NCBI GenBank assembly: GCA_041163175.1
Contig: JBEARM010000009.1
Location: 1-54,341, forward strand
DNA: 54,341 nt
Source of the DNA: Pseudomonadota bacterium
Lineage (GTDB): Bacteria > Pseudomonadota > Gammaproteobacteria > Burkholderiales > Burkholderiaceae_A
Reading direction: 5' to 3'
The translations under genes were made by a program, and so were the position numbers. The stretch's first letter is position 1; every line of letters begins with the position of its first letter. This document shows positions 9,907 to 20,132 of this stretch, in pieces. The notes beneath the pieces are model-generated. The model did not search any database and was not told where the DNA came from. It was given only the letters and a program-made list of their open reading frames with translations.

Positions 9907-12290
9907 TGGGCCCGCGTGAAACAGGAGATCTCTTCGAGGATCTAGCCGCCGATGACGGCTCGAACCTCCCGCCGCCCGTTGGCATGAGTGCGGCCCTCGG
10001 TGGTCAGGACGGGGACCTGTCGCTGGCCGACTTTGCAGAGCGGGCCTACCTTGATTACGCAGTCTCCGTGGTCAAGGGCCGCGCATTGCCCGACCTTTGC
10101 GACGGGATGAAGCCGGTGCAGCGTCGAATTCTCTTCGCCATGGATCGCATGTCGCTCTCCGCTGCGGCCAAGCCGGTGAAGTCTGCCCGGGTGGTGGGCG
10201 ATGTGCTGGGTAAGTTTCACCCGCATGGAGACCAGTCTGCCTACGACGCGTTGGTTCGCCTGGCCCAGGGCTTCACGGTGCGGTATCCCCTGATCGACGG
10301 CCAGGGCAACTTCGGCTCGCGCGATGGCGATGGTGCTGCAGCCATGCGCTACACCGAGGCTCGGCTCACCAAGTTCTCTGAGCTTCTGCTCTCTGAGATC
10401 GACGAGGGTACGGTCGACTTTGGCCCGAACTACGACGGCGCTTTTCAGGAGCCGCTTCGACTGCCGGCCCGGCTGCCCGTCTGCCTGCTCAATGGCGCCT
10501 CCGGAATTGCGGTGGGCATGGCCACCGAGATTCCATCCCATAATCTGCGTGAAGTGGCAGCGGCCGTGCTCGCGCTCATCGACAATCCGAAGCTCTCGCA
10601 CGAGGGGCTCATGGCCAGCCTGCCGGGCCCTGACTTTCCGGGCGGTGGGCAGGTGATCTCCAGTCCCGAGGAGCTTGCTGCCATCTATGCGGCCGGACGC
10701 GGCTCCATCCGGATGCGGGCGCGCTGGTCCTTTGAAGACCTTGCTCGAGGCCAGTGGCAGCTGGTGGTCGAGGAGCTGCCGCATGGGGTCTCCTCCCAGC
10801 GTGTGCTCGAGGAGATCGAGGAGCTCACCAACCCCAAGGTGAAGGCTGGAAAGAAGTCGCTCTCGCCTGAGCAGCAGCAGACCAAGCAGCTGGTGCTCAG
10901 CCAGCTTGAGTCGGTTCGAGATGAGTCTGGCAAGGACGCAGATGTTCGGCTGGTCTTTGAGCCTCGCACCGCCAAGATCGATCGAGACGAATTTGCCAGG
11001 CTCTTGCTTGCGAATACATCCTTGCAGAGTTCTGTCTCAATGAACCTGGTGGCGGTGGACCTCCACGGCCGACCACGCTCCCTCTCTGTCCTCGAGGTGC
11101 TCTCGCAGTGGGTCGAGTTCCGAACGGAAACGGTTCGTCGACGAAGCGCACACCGGCTGCAACAGGCTGAGCGCCGTATTCATATTCTTGAAGGCCGTTC
11201 GATCGCTCTGCTCAGGATCGATGAGGTCATTGCAGTGATCCGTGAAAGCGACGAGCCCAAGCCAGCCCTCATCGATCGCTTCGGGCTCACCGAGGTCCAG
11301 GCCGAGGACATCCTCGAGATTCGGCTGCGGCAACTGGCCCGGCTCGAGGCCATCAAGATCGAGCGGGAACTCTCCGAGCTCCGTGAGCAGGCCGGAAAGC
11401 TGCGAACACTATTGGAGAATGAGAAGGCGCTTCGGAAGGCGGTGGCCAAGGAGGTGCAGGACGACGCCAAGGCCTTCGGAGACGACCGCAGAACCCTGAT
11501 CAAGGCAGAGGCCAAGGCCACGGTCGAGACGCCGGTGCTCGATGAGCCCGTGACAGTGGTGGTCTCGGTCAACGGCTGGGTACGTTCCCGGCAAGGCCAC
11601 GGGCACGACCCCTCCCTCTTTCAGTTCAAAACTGGCGATGCCCTGTATGCGACCTTTGAGTGTCGAACGGTCGATGCCCTGGTGGCCTTGTCGAACTCAG
11701 GCCGCAGCTTCAGTGTGCCGGTGCTGAGCCTGCCGGGCGCCCGAGGCGACGGCGCACCCCTGACCTCTCTCATCGACATGGAGGCGGGTGGCCAATTGGT
11801 TCATTTCCTTGCCGCCCCTGCGGGGACCGCGGTCTTGGTCGCGACCGCGCAGGGCCAAGGGTTCGTCACCAAGGTCGATGGCCTCATTGGCCGCAACCGC
11901 AGCGGAAAGCAGTTCATGACGCTGGATGCGGGCGACGCGCCCAGTGTGCTGCGTGCACTTCCCTCAGACCAAGGCGCGGTGGCCTGCCTGTCGGCCAGTG
12001 GCCGGCTGTTGGTCTTCGGGCTCGATGAGATCAAGGTGCTCGCCACCGGCGGCCGAGGAGTGGCACTCATGGAACTGGAGCCCAAGGGCGACAGACTGCT
12101 GGATGTGGCCGCGGTGGGGGCGACCGGCCTGGTTATCCACGGCGAGGGACGCGCGGGTAAGCCCGGCCAGGAGCCCCTCGGCCTCTCGAGCCTTAAGGCG
12201 TTCATTGGCAAGCGCGCCCGCAAGGGCAAGGCCCTCGAGCTCAAGTTCAAGCCCCGCAGGCTGCAGACACCCGCCCCGATGGGGTCTTAG
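9906..12290 (+). CDS. parC: DNA topoisomerase IV subunit A
   Basis: [37 protein letters not shown]. Confidence 0.96.
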   Translation: MGPRETGDLFEDLAADDGSNLPPPVGMSAALGGQDGDLSLADFAERAYLDYAVSVVKGRALPDLCDGMKPVQRRILFAMDRMSLSAAAKPVKSARVVGDVLGKFHPHGDQSAYDALVRLAQGFTVRYPLIDGQGNFGSRDGDGAAAMRYTEARLTKFSELLLSEIDEGTVDFGPNYDGAFQEPLRLPARLPVCLLNGASGIAVGMATEIPSHNLREVAAAVLALIDNPKLSHEGLMASLPGPDFPGGGQVISSPEELAAIYAAGRGSIRMRARWSFEDLARGQWQLVVEELPHGVSSQRVLEEIEELTNPKVKAGKKSLSPEQQQTKQLVLSQLESVRDESGKDADVRLVFEPRTAKIDRDEFARLLLANTSLQSSVSMNLVAVDLHGRPRSLSVLEVLSQWVEFRTETVRRRSAHRLQQAERRIHILEGRSIALLRIDEVIAVIRESDEPKPALIDRFGLTEVQAEDILEIRLRQLARLEAIKIERELSELREQAGKLRTLLENEKALRKAVAKEVQDDAKAFGDDRRTLIKAEAKATVETPVLDEPVTVVVSVNGWVRSRQGHGHDPSLFQFKTGDALYATFECRTVDALVALSNSGRSFSVPVLSLPGARGDGAPLTSLIDMEAGGQLVHFLAAPAGTAVLVATAQGQGFVTKVDGLIGRNRSGKQFMTLDAGDAPSVLRALPSDQGAVACLSASGRLLVFGLDEIKVLATGGRGVALMELEPKGDRLLDVAAVGATGLVIHGEGRAGKPGQEPLGLSSLKAFIGKRARKGKALELKFKPRRLQTPAPMGS

Positions 12291-12310
12291 ACAGCCCTGT
12301 CTGGGAGGGG

Positions 12311-12339
12311 GTTGAAAAGATGGGCTGGTGTCCCCATCT
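12311..12339 (+). promoter_or_regulatory. Sigma32 (RpoH) heat-shock promoter of htpG
   Basis: TTGAAA (12312-12317), N14, CCCCATCT (12332-12339). Confidence 0.85.
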
Positions 12340-12386
12340 TTTCCCCGACATCGCCCCATTCATCTTCTTTACGGAGACCACGATTC

Positions 12387-14260
12387 ATGTCCAAAGAGAC
12401 GCTCTCATTCCAGACCGAGGTCAAGCAACTGCTGCACCTCATGATTCATTCGCTCTACAGCAATCGCGACATCTTCTTGCGCGAGCTGGTCTCGAATGCC
12501 TCGGATGCCTGCGACAAGCTGAGACTAGAGGCCCTGGCCGACGACAAGCTCTTCGAGGGTGATCCCGATCTACGTATCCGGGTGGGATTTGATGCAAAGG
12601 CCCGGACCATCACGATCTCAGACAACGGGGTCGGCATGAGCCGAGAGGAGGTGATCGCCAACCTGGGCACCATCGCCCGTTCCGGTACCAAGGAGTTCTT
12701 TGGCAGGCTGTCTGGAGACTCTGCCCGCGATTCTGCGCTCATCGGCCAATTTGGCGTGGGCTTCTACTCGGCCTTCATCGTTGCAGACCATGTCACGGTC
12801 ATTAGTCGCCGAGCGGGGCTGCCGGCCAGCGATGCCGTTCGGTGGGAGTCTGAGGGCACTGGCGACTTCAGCATCGAGCCCGTCGAGCGAGCGGAGCGGG
12901 GCACCGAGATCATTCTTCACCTTCGAGAGGCTGAAGGGGAGGGCGAGGACAAGAAGAGCCATGACGACCTGCTCTCTCATTGGGCCATCAAGGAGATTCT
13001 CAAGCGCTACTCCGATCACATCGGCATCCCAATTCAGATGAAGAAGCGCGAGTGGGACGAAAAGAAGTCTGAGTATGTCGAGCATGACGACTGGGAGACC
13101 GTGAACCAGGCCTCCGCCCTCTGGACCAGGCCCAAGGGTGAGATCACCGATGACCAGTACAAGGAGTTCTATAAGGGGATTGCCCATGGCATGGATGATC
13201 CGCTGGCCTACACCCACAATCGTGTGGAAGGCCGAACCGAGTACACGCAGTTACTGTTCATTCCGGGCAAGGCGCCATTCGACCTCTACGACCGTCAGCA
13301 GCGGCATGGGCTCAAGCTCTACATCAAACGGGTCTTCATCATGGAAGACGCTGAGCAGCTCCTGCCAAATTATTTGCGTTTTGTGCGCGGTGTGGTGGAC
13401 TCTGCCGACCTGCCGCTCAATGTCTCCAGAGAGATTCTCCAAGAGAGCCGCGACATCAAGGCCATTCGAGAGGGCTGTGCCAAACGAATTCTTGGTCTTC
13501 TGGAGGACATGGCTGAGAACAAGCCCGAGGACTACAAGACCTTCTGGACCGAGTTTGGCCAGTGCCTGAAGGAGGGCTTCGGCGAAGACTTCTCAAACAA
13601 GGATCGCCTCGCCGGGCTCATGCGCTTCGTGAGCACCGCCAGTGAGGCCGACGAGCCCGATGTGTCCTTGAAAGACTACGTTGGCCGTATGAAGGAGGGG
13701 CAGGAGAAGATCTACGTGATTACCGCCGACAGTCTGTCTGCCGCACGTTCCAGTCCCCACATCGAGATCTTCAAGAAGAAGGGTATCGAGGTCTTGCTGC
13801 TCACCGATCGGATCGATGAATGGGTCTTGAACTTTCTCAATGAGTTCGATGGAAAGCATCTGCAGTCTGTGGCCAAGGGGGAACTCGACCTCGGCAAGCT
13901 CAAGGACAAGACCGACGACACGCCAAAGGACGAAGAGAAGAAGGCCAAGCCTGTCATCGAGAAGGCTCAGAAGATTCTTGGCGAGAAGGTCAAGGAGGTT
14001 CGACTCACGCAGCGTCTGACCGATTCAGCCTGCTGCCTGGTCTCGGATGCGCAGGATGTCAGCGGCCACCTTGAGCGCATCCTGAAGGCCACCGGCCAGA
14101 AGGCGCCAGAGCGCAAGCCCATCTTGGAGCTCAATCCGAATCACCCATTGGTCCAGGCGCTGGTGGCCGAATCCGATCAGTCCGGTGGGCAAATCCTAGC
14201 GTGCGCAGGCTCAATGGCTTTCTCCTTAAAGGGCTTGCACACCCGCCGACAACCCCTTAA
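12387..14260 (+). CDS. htpG: Hsp90 chaperone HtpG; C-terminus has deletions and a frameshift near 14184-14200 (as given, the frame reads on to 14600)
   Basis: [40 protein letters not shown]; the native-like end [11 protein letters not shown]...* lies in another frame (14201-14260). Confidence 0.93.
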
Positions 14261-14302
14261 CGATGCTAAACTTCAGCGGTTTGTGATTTGGGGGAAACAA
14301 CA

Positions 14303-14674
14303 ATGTTCCAAGCGTCGGTTGGTCGGTTGTGTGCGGGTGCGGCACTCGCAGTTGGGATGGTCAGCCTGCTCATGGCCGCCCAGCCCGTCATGGCGCAGGC
14401 GCCAGCAGGAGGCCTCAAGGGCGATCCCGCCGCTGGTGCTCGCAAGAACTCCATGTGCATTGGCTGCCATGGCATTCCGGAGTACAAAACGGCCTTTCCT
14501 GTCTTGTATCGCGTGCCCAAAATTGCGGGTCAGAATGAGGCCTATTTGGTGGCAGCCCTCCAGGCCTACAAGAGCGGCGACAGATCCCACCCCAGCATGA
14601 AGGCCATCAGTGCGTCGTTGAACGATCAAGACATGGCAGACCTGGCGGCCTTTTATGCTCGCCAGTCTCGTTGA
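14303..14674 (+). CDS. Cytochrome c553/c4-like monoheme cytochrome
   Basis: Signal peptide, CIGCH, PKIAGQ, HPSM axial Met. Confidence 0.92.
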   Translation: MFQASVGRLCAGAALAVGMVSLLMAAQPVMAQAPAGGLKGDPAAGARKNSMCIGCHGIPEYKTAFPVLYRVPKIAGQNEAYLVAALQAYKSGDRSHPSMKAISASLNDQDMADLAAFYARQSR

Positions 14675-14693
14675 GCAAGCAGAGGACACCCAC

Positions 14694-15035
14694 ATGAAGA
14701 CATCTGTGTTTTTGAAATCAGCGGCAGCCGGTCTATTGGCTGTCGGCTTCGCCTCGGCTCAGGCAGGTAACATCGCGCTCGGCAAGGAAAAGGCTGATCA
14801 GGCTTGTGCCGCTTGCCACGGGGCGGATGGTGTGAAGACCATCGACGGTTCCTACCCCGTACTCGCTGGCCAGTACGAGGATTTTCTGGTCAAGGCGCTC
14901 ACCGACTATAAGAGCGGGGCACGGAAGAATGCCATCATGTCCGGCATGGCAGCTCCACTCACCAAGGAAGACATCGCCAATTTGGCGGCCTACTACAGCT
15001 CACTTACTGGGCCGCTCAAGTTCGTCAAGCGCTAG
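14694..15035 (+). CDS. Cytochrome c553/c4-like monoheme cytochrome
   Basis: Signal peptide, CAACH, YPVLAGQ, NAIM; GAGGA RBS. Confidence 0.92.
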   Translation: MKTSVFLKSAAAGLLAVGFASAQAGNIALGKEKADQACAACHGADGVKTIDGSYPVLAGQYEDFLVKALTDYKSGARKNAIMSGMAAPLTKEDIANLAAYYSSLTGPLKFVKR

Positions 15036-16150
15036 CCGCCGATATAACTCATCTCCACCTTGGGGCCCTCTGGGCCCTTTTTCATTTGGGCACGCAGTTC
15101 CGAGTAACGGTCTGCACGACGGGCCCAGATCTGGGCAATGGCCTTGAGCAGACGCTGGTCGTCTGATTCCTGCCGCACCAGGCCGCGAAGGTCAGATCCT
15201 TGCGTGGCGAAGAGGCAGGTGTAGAGACCGCCCTCGGCCGAGATGCGGGCCCGAGAGCAGGCGCCGCAGAAGGGCTCGGTCACCGATGAAATCAGGCCGA
15301 TTTCACCCCTGCCATCAAGGTAACGCCAGCGGTCCGACACCTCGCTGGGTGTGCCACGACCAACCCTCTCCAGAGGGAAACGGGCGTGAATGCGCGAGAT
15401 GATGTCTTGGGATGGGACGACCTGGTCGAGTTTCCAACCGTTGGAGCTCCCGACGTCCATGAACTCGATGAATCGGAGGGTGGCACCCATGTCACGGAAC
15501 TGCTCGGCCATGGGCAGGATCTGCGACTCGTTCACCCCTCGTTGCACGACCATGTTGGCCTTGACCCGCAGCCCCGCCTCCTGGGCCTGACGTATGCCCG
15601 AGATCACATCCTGGGGCCCAGCCTCTGAGATGTCTGCCATCTGCTGAAAGATCTTTGGGTCGAGTGCATCCAGGCTGACGGTGACCCGATGCAGCCCCGC
15701 CTTGGCCAGGGACTTGGCCTTTTTTCCCAGGAGCAGGCCGTTGGTGGTGAGCGCCAATTCCACGGGCTGGCCCTCAAGCGTGTGCAGCTCGGAGAGCATT
15801 GCTACCAGGTGTTCGAGGTCCTTTCGAAGCAGCGGCTCCCCACCGGTGATGCGTATCTTCTGGACGCCCAGGGCTACGAACGCCCGGGCCAGGCGCTCAA
15901 TTTCGTCGAACCCGAGCAGTTCCTGACGGGAGAGATAGACGTAGTCTTTGTCGAAGATCTCCCGAGGCATGCAGTAGCCACACCGCATGTTGCACTGGTC
16001 GATGACCGAGATGCGCAGGTCTTGCAGGCCTCTACCCCTCGTGTCGAGCATCCGCCCATTGGGCATGGACCAGCCCTCATCGAGGAGCACGGGACGAAGC
16101 CTGTGAAGGGCCTCGTCCGCGATCGGGATATAACGCTGGCTCTCTGACAT
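15032..16150 (-). CDS. moaA: GTP 3',8-cyclase (molybdenum cofactor biosynthesis)
   Basis: Radical SAM CNMRCGYC, RITGGEPLLR, C-terminal FCGACSRAR...C, MSYIGG. Confidence 0.96.
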   Translation of the reverse strand: MSESQRYIPIADEALHRLRPVLLDEGWSMPNGRMLDTRGRGLQDLRISVIDQCNMRCGYCMPREIFDKDYVYLSRQELLGFDEIERLARAFVALGVQKIRITGGEPLLRKDLEHLVAMLSELHTLEGQPVELALTTNGLLLGKKAKSLAKAGLHRVTVSLDALDPKIFQQMADISEAGPQDVISGIRQAQEAGLRVKANMVVQRGVNESQILPMAEQFRDMGATLRFIEFMDVGSSNGWKLDQVVPSQDIISRIHARFPLERVGRGTPSEVSDRWRYLDGRGEIGLISSVTEPFCGACSRARISAEGGLYTCLFATQGSDLRGLVRQESDDQRLLKAIAQIWARRADRYSELRAQMKKGPEGPKVEMSYIGG

Positions 16151-16159
16151 CCTCAGAGA

Positions 16160-18784
16160 TTAGCCTGCTGGCGGTTGCTCCGGTGAGCGGGTTTCCACCA
16201 TGGTGAGTGGCTCTGCCTCGGATGCCACCACGGACTTGCGGGGCTTTCGACCCACCTGCGGCGGGGGCTCTGCCGGGGACTCTGCAGCGGCCGAGGGTGC
16301 GGCGACCGTTTGCACCCACTCGAGGCCGGCCTGATTGAGTTCTGCCTTGAGCTGCTCTGGGTCTGGCAGCCTCACCACAGGCGCAGCGGGAGCGGGCGCA
16401 GCTGCAGCGGCGGGTGCAGCTGCCAGGGGCACAGGCACAGCAGGTGCCGGCTCCGAGGAGACGGGCGCTGCCTCAGCTCGCACGGATACGGCAGGCTGCG
16501 TCGGAACAATGGTCTCGGCTGGGGCAGCCGTTTCAGAGACCGCAGCGTGCACGGGTGCAGTCGATTCGGCGATTGATGCGGCCCCCTCAGCGTCTGACGT
16601 GGGAAGGAGTTGGCCATTCTGGCCTTCTTCGGCCGATGTGCCATCTTCACGCCGGCTGCTGCGCCGACGTCTGCGACGCGGGCGACCATCCTCCCTCAGG
16701 TCTGAGTCTGGAATGCTGGAGCCATCGGGTACGCCCGACATCTCTGGAAGCGACTGCTGGTCCGAGCCTTCTGGCCGTGACTCTCGCGGCTTACGACCCT
16801 CGCGGTTTCGCGGCTCCCTCGGCTCACGCGGCTCCTTTGCTTCACGCGGCTCTTTGGGCTCGCGGGGCTCCTTGGCCTCGCGAGGCTCTCGAGCTTCCCG
16901 CTCTGGCTTGATGTCGCGGCCGCGGGCGGGGCGGTCGGACCGCTCGCCTTTGGCATCACCGCGCTCGCCGTTACGGCCTTGGCCACGGCGTCCATTGCCA
17001 CGAGCGGCATCCTGTCCGCGTCCTCGCGCATCGCGACCGGATCGGCCTTCGGGCTTGCGTCGGTCTGCAGAGGTGGGCCGGTCGTTGTCGGCAGGCCCGG
17101 TGAAGAAGGACATCAGCCGACTCCAGATCGATGGGCTCTCTGCCACTGCGGGCGCACGAACCGAGACGGGTGCCGGCGAACTGGGCGTGATCCCCTTGAC
17201 CACGGCCTCCTGGCGAGGCTTGCCTGCGGCCTCTTCCTTGGCGAGCTGGTAGGGGGAGTCGGTGGAGGGCTGGTCGGCCATCGCATAGCTGGCCTTGACA
17301 TCCTCGAGACGAGGGTCGTCGTGCCGCAGTCGCTCGATCGTGTAGTTGGGCGTCTCAAGAAACTTATTGGGAATCAGAACGATCGTGACCTTCAGTCGCG
17401 CCTCAAGCTTGGCGATGTCTGTTCGTTTCTCATTGAGGAGGAAGCTCGCCACCTCCACGGGCACCTGGACATGAACAGAGGCGGTGTTGTCCTTCATGGC
17501 CTCTTCCTGAAGGATGCGCAGAATGTGGAGTGCACTGGAGTCGATGTCGCGGATGACGCCTGTGCCGTTACAACGGGGGCAGGTGATGTGTGAGCCCTCG
17601 TTGAGGGCAGGCCGCAGGCGCTGCCGGGAGAGTTCCATCAGGCCGAAACGGGAGATCTTGCCCATCTGCACCCGGGCCCGGTCGTGGTGGAGCGCATCCC
17701 GCAGGCGCTGCTCGACATCGCGCTGGGCCCTGCTGGATTCCATATCGATGAAATCGATGACGATCAGGCCGCCGAGGTCTCTCAGGCGCAGTTGCCGGCC
17801 CACCTCATCGGCAGCCTCGAGGTTGGTGCGAAGGGCCGTTTCCTCAATGTCGGAGCCGCGGGTGGACTTCGCGGAGTTGACGTCTACCGCCACCAATGCC
17901 TCTGTGTGGTCGATGACCAGGGCGCCTCCCGACGGGAGTTGCACCGTGCGTGAATAGGCCGTTTCAATCTGGTGTTCGATCTGAAAGCGCGAGAAGAGGG
18001 GTACGTCGTCCCGATAGCGCTTGACCCGCCCGGCCATGTCCGGCATGACGTGCAGCATGAACTGGCGCGCCTGCTCGTAGATGTCGTCGGTGTCGATCAG
18101 GATCTCACCGATGTCCGGGTGGAAGTAGTCCCGAATGGCTCGAATGACGAGACTGGATTCTTGGTAGATCAGGTAGGCGCCAGCCTGCAGGCTGCGGGCG
18201 TCGTCGACGGCCTTCCAGAGTTGTAGTAGGTAATTCAAGTCCCACTGCAGCTCATCGACATTGCGGCCAATGCCTGCAGTGCGCGCAATCATGCTCATGC
18301 CGTTGGGCAGTTCGAGCTGATCCATGGCCTCTTTGAGTTCTTGGCGATCCTCACCCTCGATGCGGCGTGACACACCACCGCCGCGAGGATTGTTGGGCAT
18401 GAGCACCAGGTAGCGGCCCGCCAGGGATACAAAGGTTGTTAAGGCTGCACCTTTGTTGCCGCGTTCTTCCTTTTCCACCTGAACCAGGAGCTCTGTGCCA
18501 TCGGCAATGGCGTCTTGGATTCGGGCCTTCCCAGCATCAACCCCGGGCTTGAAGTACTCCCGGGCGATTTCTTTAAAGGGGAGAAAGCCATGGCGGTCTT
18601 CGCCGTAGCTCACAAAGCAGGCTTCAAGGCTGGGCTCCACTCGGGTTACAACACCCTTGTAGATGTTGCTCTTGCGTTGCTCGCGGCCCGCCACTTCGAT
18701 GTCGAGGTCGACAAGCCGTTGGCCATCGACGATTGCCACGCGCAGCTCCTCTGCGTGCGTGGCGTTAAACAGCATGCGTTTCAT
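16160..18784 (-). CDS. rne: Ribonuclease E
   Basis: MKRMLFNAT, KEERGNKGAALTT, DVNS, DFIDM, CPRC; membrane-targeting helix IWSRLMSFF; disordered C-terminal half. Confidence 0.97.
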   Translation of the reverse strand: MKRMLFNATHAEELRVAIVDGQRLVDLDIEVAGREQRKSNIYKGVVTRVEPSLEACFVSYGEDRHGFLPFKEIAREYFKPGVDAGKARIQDAIADGTELLVQVEKEERGNKGAALTTFVSLAGRYLVLMPNNPRGGGVSRRIEGEDRQELKEAMDQLELPNGMSMIARTAGIGRNVDELQWDLNYLLQLWKAVDDARSLQAGAYLIYQESSLVIRAIRDYFHPDIGEILIDTDDIYEQARQFMLHVMPDMAGRVKRYRDDVPLFSRFQIEHQIETAYSRTVQLPSGGALVIDHTEALVAVDVNSAKSTRGSDIEETALRTNLEAADEVGRQLRLRDLGGLIVIDFIDMESSRAQRDVEQRLRDALHHDRARVQMGKISRFGLMELSRQRLRPALNEGSHITCPRCNGTGVIRDIDSSALHILRILQEEAMKDNTASVHVQVPVEVASFLLNEKRTDIAKLEARLKVTIVLIPNKFLETPNYTIERLRHDDPRLEDVKASYAMADQPSTDSPYQLAKEEAAGKPRQEAVVKGITPSSPAPVSVRAPAVAESPSIWSRLMSFFTGPADNDRPTSADRRKPEGRSGRDARGRGQDAARGNGRRGQGRNGERGDAKGERSDRPARGRDIKPEREAREPREAKEPREPKEPREAKEPREPREPRNREGRKPRESRPEGSDQQSLPEMSGVPDGSSIPDSDLREDGRPRRRRRRSSRREDGTSAEEGQNGQLLPTSDAEGAASIAESTAPVHAAVSETAAPAETIVPTQPAVSVRAEAAPVSSEPAPAVPVPLAAAPAAAAAPAPAAPVVRLPDPEQLKAELNQAGLEWVQTVAAPSAAAESPAEPPPQVGRKPRKSVVASEAEPLTMVETRSPEQPPAG
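16808..16900 (-). repeat. Degenerate 9-bp tandem repeat encoding (R/K)E(P/A) tripeptides in RNase E
   Basis: Translation REAREPREAKEPREPKEPREAKEPREPREPR. Confidence 0.8.
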
Positions 18785-19062
18785 TCAAACTTCTCCTTCG
18801 CGCGCTAGGCGCAGCTGGAGCGTGTCTGGCTGTGTGGTGGCTCCGGACGAGCAGGGTCAGGCCCAGCGAAGGGGCTGTGGATCAAGAAAGAGGGAAGGGT
18901 GAGCGTTTTCGAACGAGACTGGGCGGTTGGCCGGGCCTCGGAGGGATTCGTCACGGGAACATCCACGCGATTCATTGATTCTGCTGTGTTGTCTTTCGGG
19001 CCATGTCACACCCCCAGGGCGCTCCGTGGTCACTTACAATCTGGCACTTAGACACGTCGGAT
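18785..19062 (-). promoter_or_regulatory. Long rne 5' leader (putative autoregulatory UTR)
   Basis: 313-bp rne-rluC gap, the largest in the window; GAAGGAG RBS; pyrimidine-rich tract; candidate -10 TAGATT at 19069-19074. Confidence 0.5.
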
Positions 19063-19097
19063 TCCGGAAATCTAAGGCTCAGGCTCAATACGAACTC

Positions 19098-20132
19098 ATG
19101 GAGTATACCCCTTCTGGGCAGGTGCAACACCTTCCCATCGAGCCCGGCCAGGACGGCCAGAGAATCGATAACTTCTTGATTGGCCATCTGAAAGGTGTTC
19201 CAAAGACCCGCATCTATCGGATGCTGCGTGCCGGCGAGGTGCGGATGGATGGGCGTCGGGTCAAGGCCGACACCCGCTTGGTGGCGGGGCAGACGCTTCG
19301 GCTTCCACCGGTTCGAATGGCCTCATTGGTAACGCCAGATGAGGAGGCGACCTGGCAGCTGTCGGCGAAGGCGCATCGAGCTGTCTCACAGATGCAGGTG
19401 CTGTTAGAGACCTCAAGCCTGCTGGCCATCGACAAGCCGGCCGGATTGGCTGTGCACGGTGGTAGCGGCGTCTCCATGGGGGTAATCGAGGCGCTTAGAG
19501 AGCTTCGCCCATCCGAGTCTCTTGAACTTGTGCATCGGCTCGACCGCGACACCTCTGGCCTTCTGCTGCTGGCCAAGTCTCGCCCCGCGCTGCTCGACCT
19601 CCATCGGCAGTTGCGGGACGGTCACATGCGCAAGCGCTACCTCGCGGTGGTGGCGGGCAGCTGGCCCCAGGGCAAGGACGGTCCCACCAGTCTGATCAAG
19701 GCCCCGCTGCGCAAGCGTGTGGGGGGCAATGGTGAGCGCATGGTGTCTGTCTCGCCCGATGGGCAGGCGTCCATGACGCGGGTCCGCCGCCTGCTGGAGG
19801 GCGACCTCCCCGGCTTCGGCCCGGTCACCCTCGTTCAGGCGGAGCCCCTCACCGGACGAACCCATCAGATTCGTGTCCACCTTCAGCATGCGGGTTTCCC
19901 CATCGTGGGCGATCCAAAATATGGTCTGGCCACCGCGAACGCGGCCGCAGCCAAGGCCGGACTCAAGCGACTCTTTTTACACGCCTGGCGTCTTGCCTTT
20001 CACAGCCCAGGCCTCGGTGCAGAATCGAACCGTCAGGAGATTGTGGCGGAGCCCAACCGCACCCTGGTGTCGCAGCTTCGACAAATGGGCCTCGTGGTGC
20101 AACCAACGCAGACAAAGGATTCAGAGACATGA
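19098..20132 (+). CDS. rluC: 23S rRNA pseudouridine synthase RluC
   Basis: S4 domain GQRIDNFL...KGVPK, KPAGLAVHGGSG, HRLDRDTSG, GRTHQIRVH; divergent from rne. Confidence 0.92.
   Translation: MEYTPSGQVQHLPIEPGQDGQRIDNFLIGHLKGVPKTRIYRMLRAGEVRMDGRRVKADTRLVAGQTLRLPPVRMASLVTPDEEATWQLSAKAHRAVSQMQVLLETSSLLAIDKPAGLAVHGGSGVSMGVIEALRELRPSESLELVHRLDRDTSGLLLLAKSRPALLDLHRQLRDGHMRKRYLAVVAGSWPQGKDGPTSLIKAPLRKRVGGNGERMVSVSPDGQASMTRVRRLLEGDLPGFGPVTLVQAEPLTGRTHQIRVHLQHAGFPIVGDPKYGLATANAAAAKAGLKRLFLHAWRLAFHSPGLGAESNRQEIVAEPNRTLVSQLRQMGLVVQPTQTKDSET

Noticed and set aside
14184-14200. Programmed ribosomal frameshift in htpG (and similarly in udg)
   Set aside because: No X-XXY-YYZ slippery site, and conserved residues are physically missing, so frameshifting would not restore them.
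12312-14600. 762-aa HtpG with a novel C-terminal extension or fusion
   Set aside because: The extension is out-of-frame read-through over the cytochrome c gene, and the upstream TTG is part of the sigma32 -35 element.
16808-16900. Possible CRISPR or non-coding repeat array
   Set aside because: Degenerate in-frame 9-bp coding repeat with no spacers and no cas genes.
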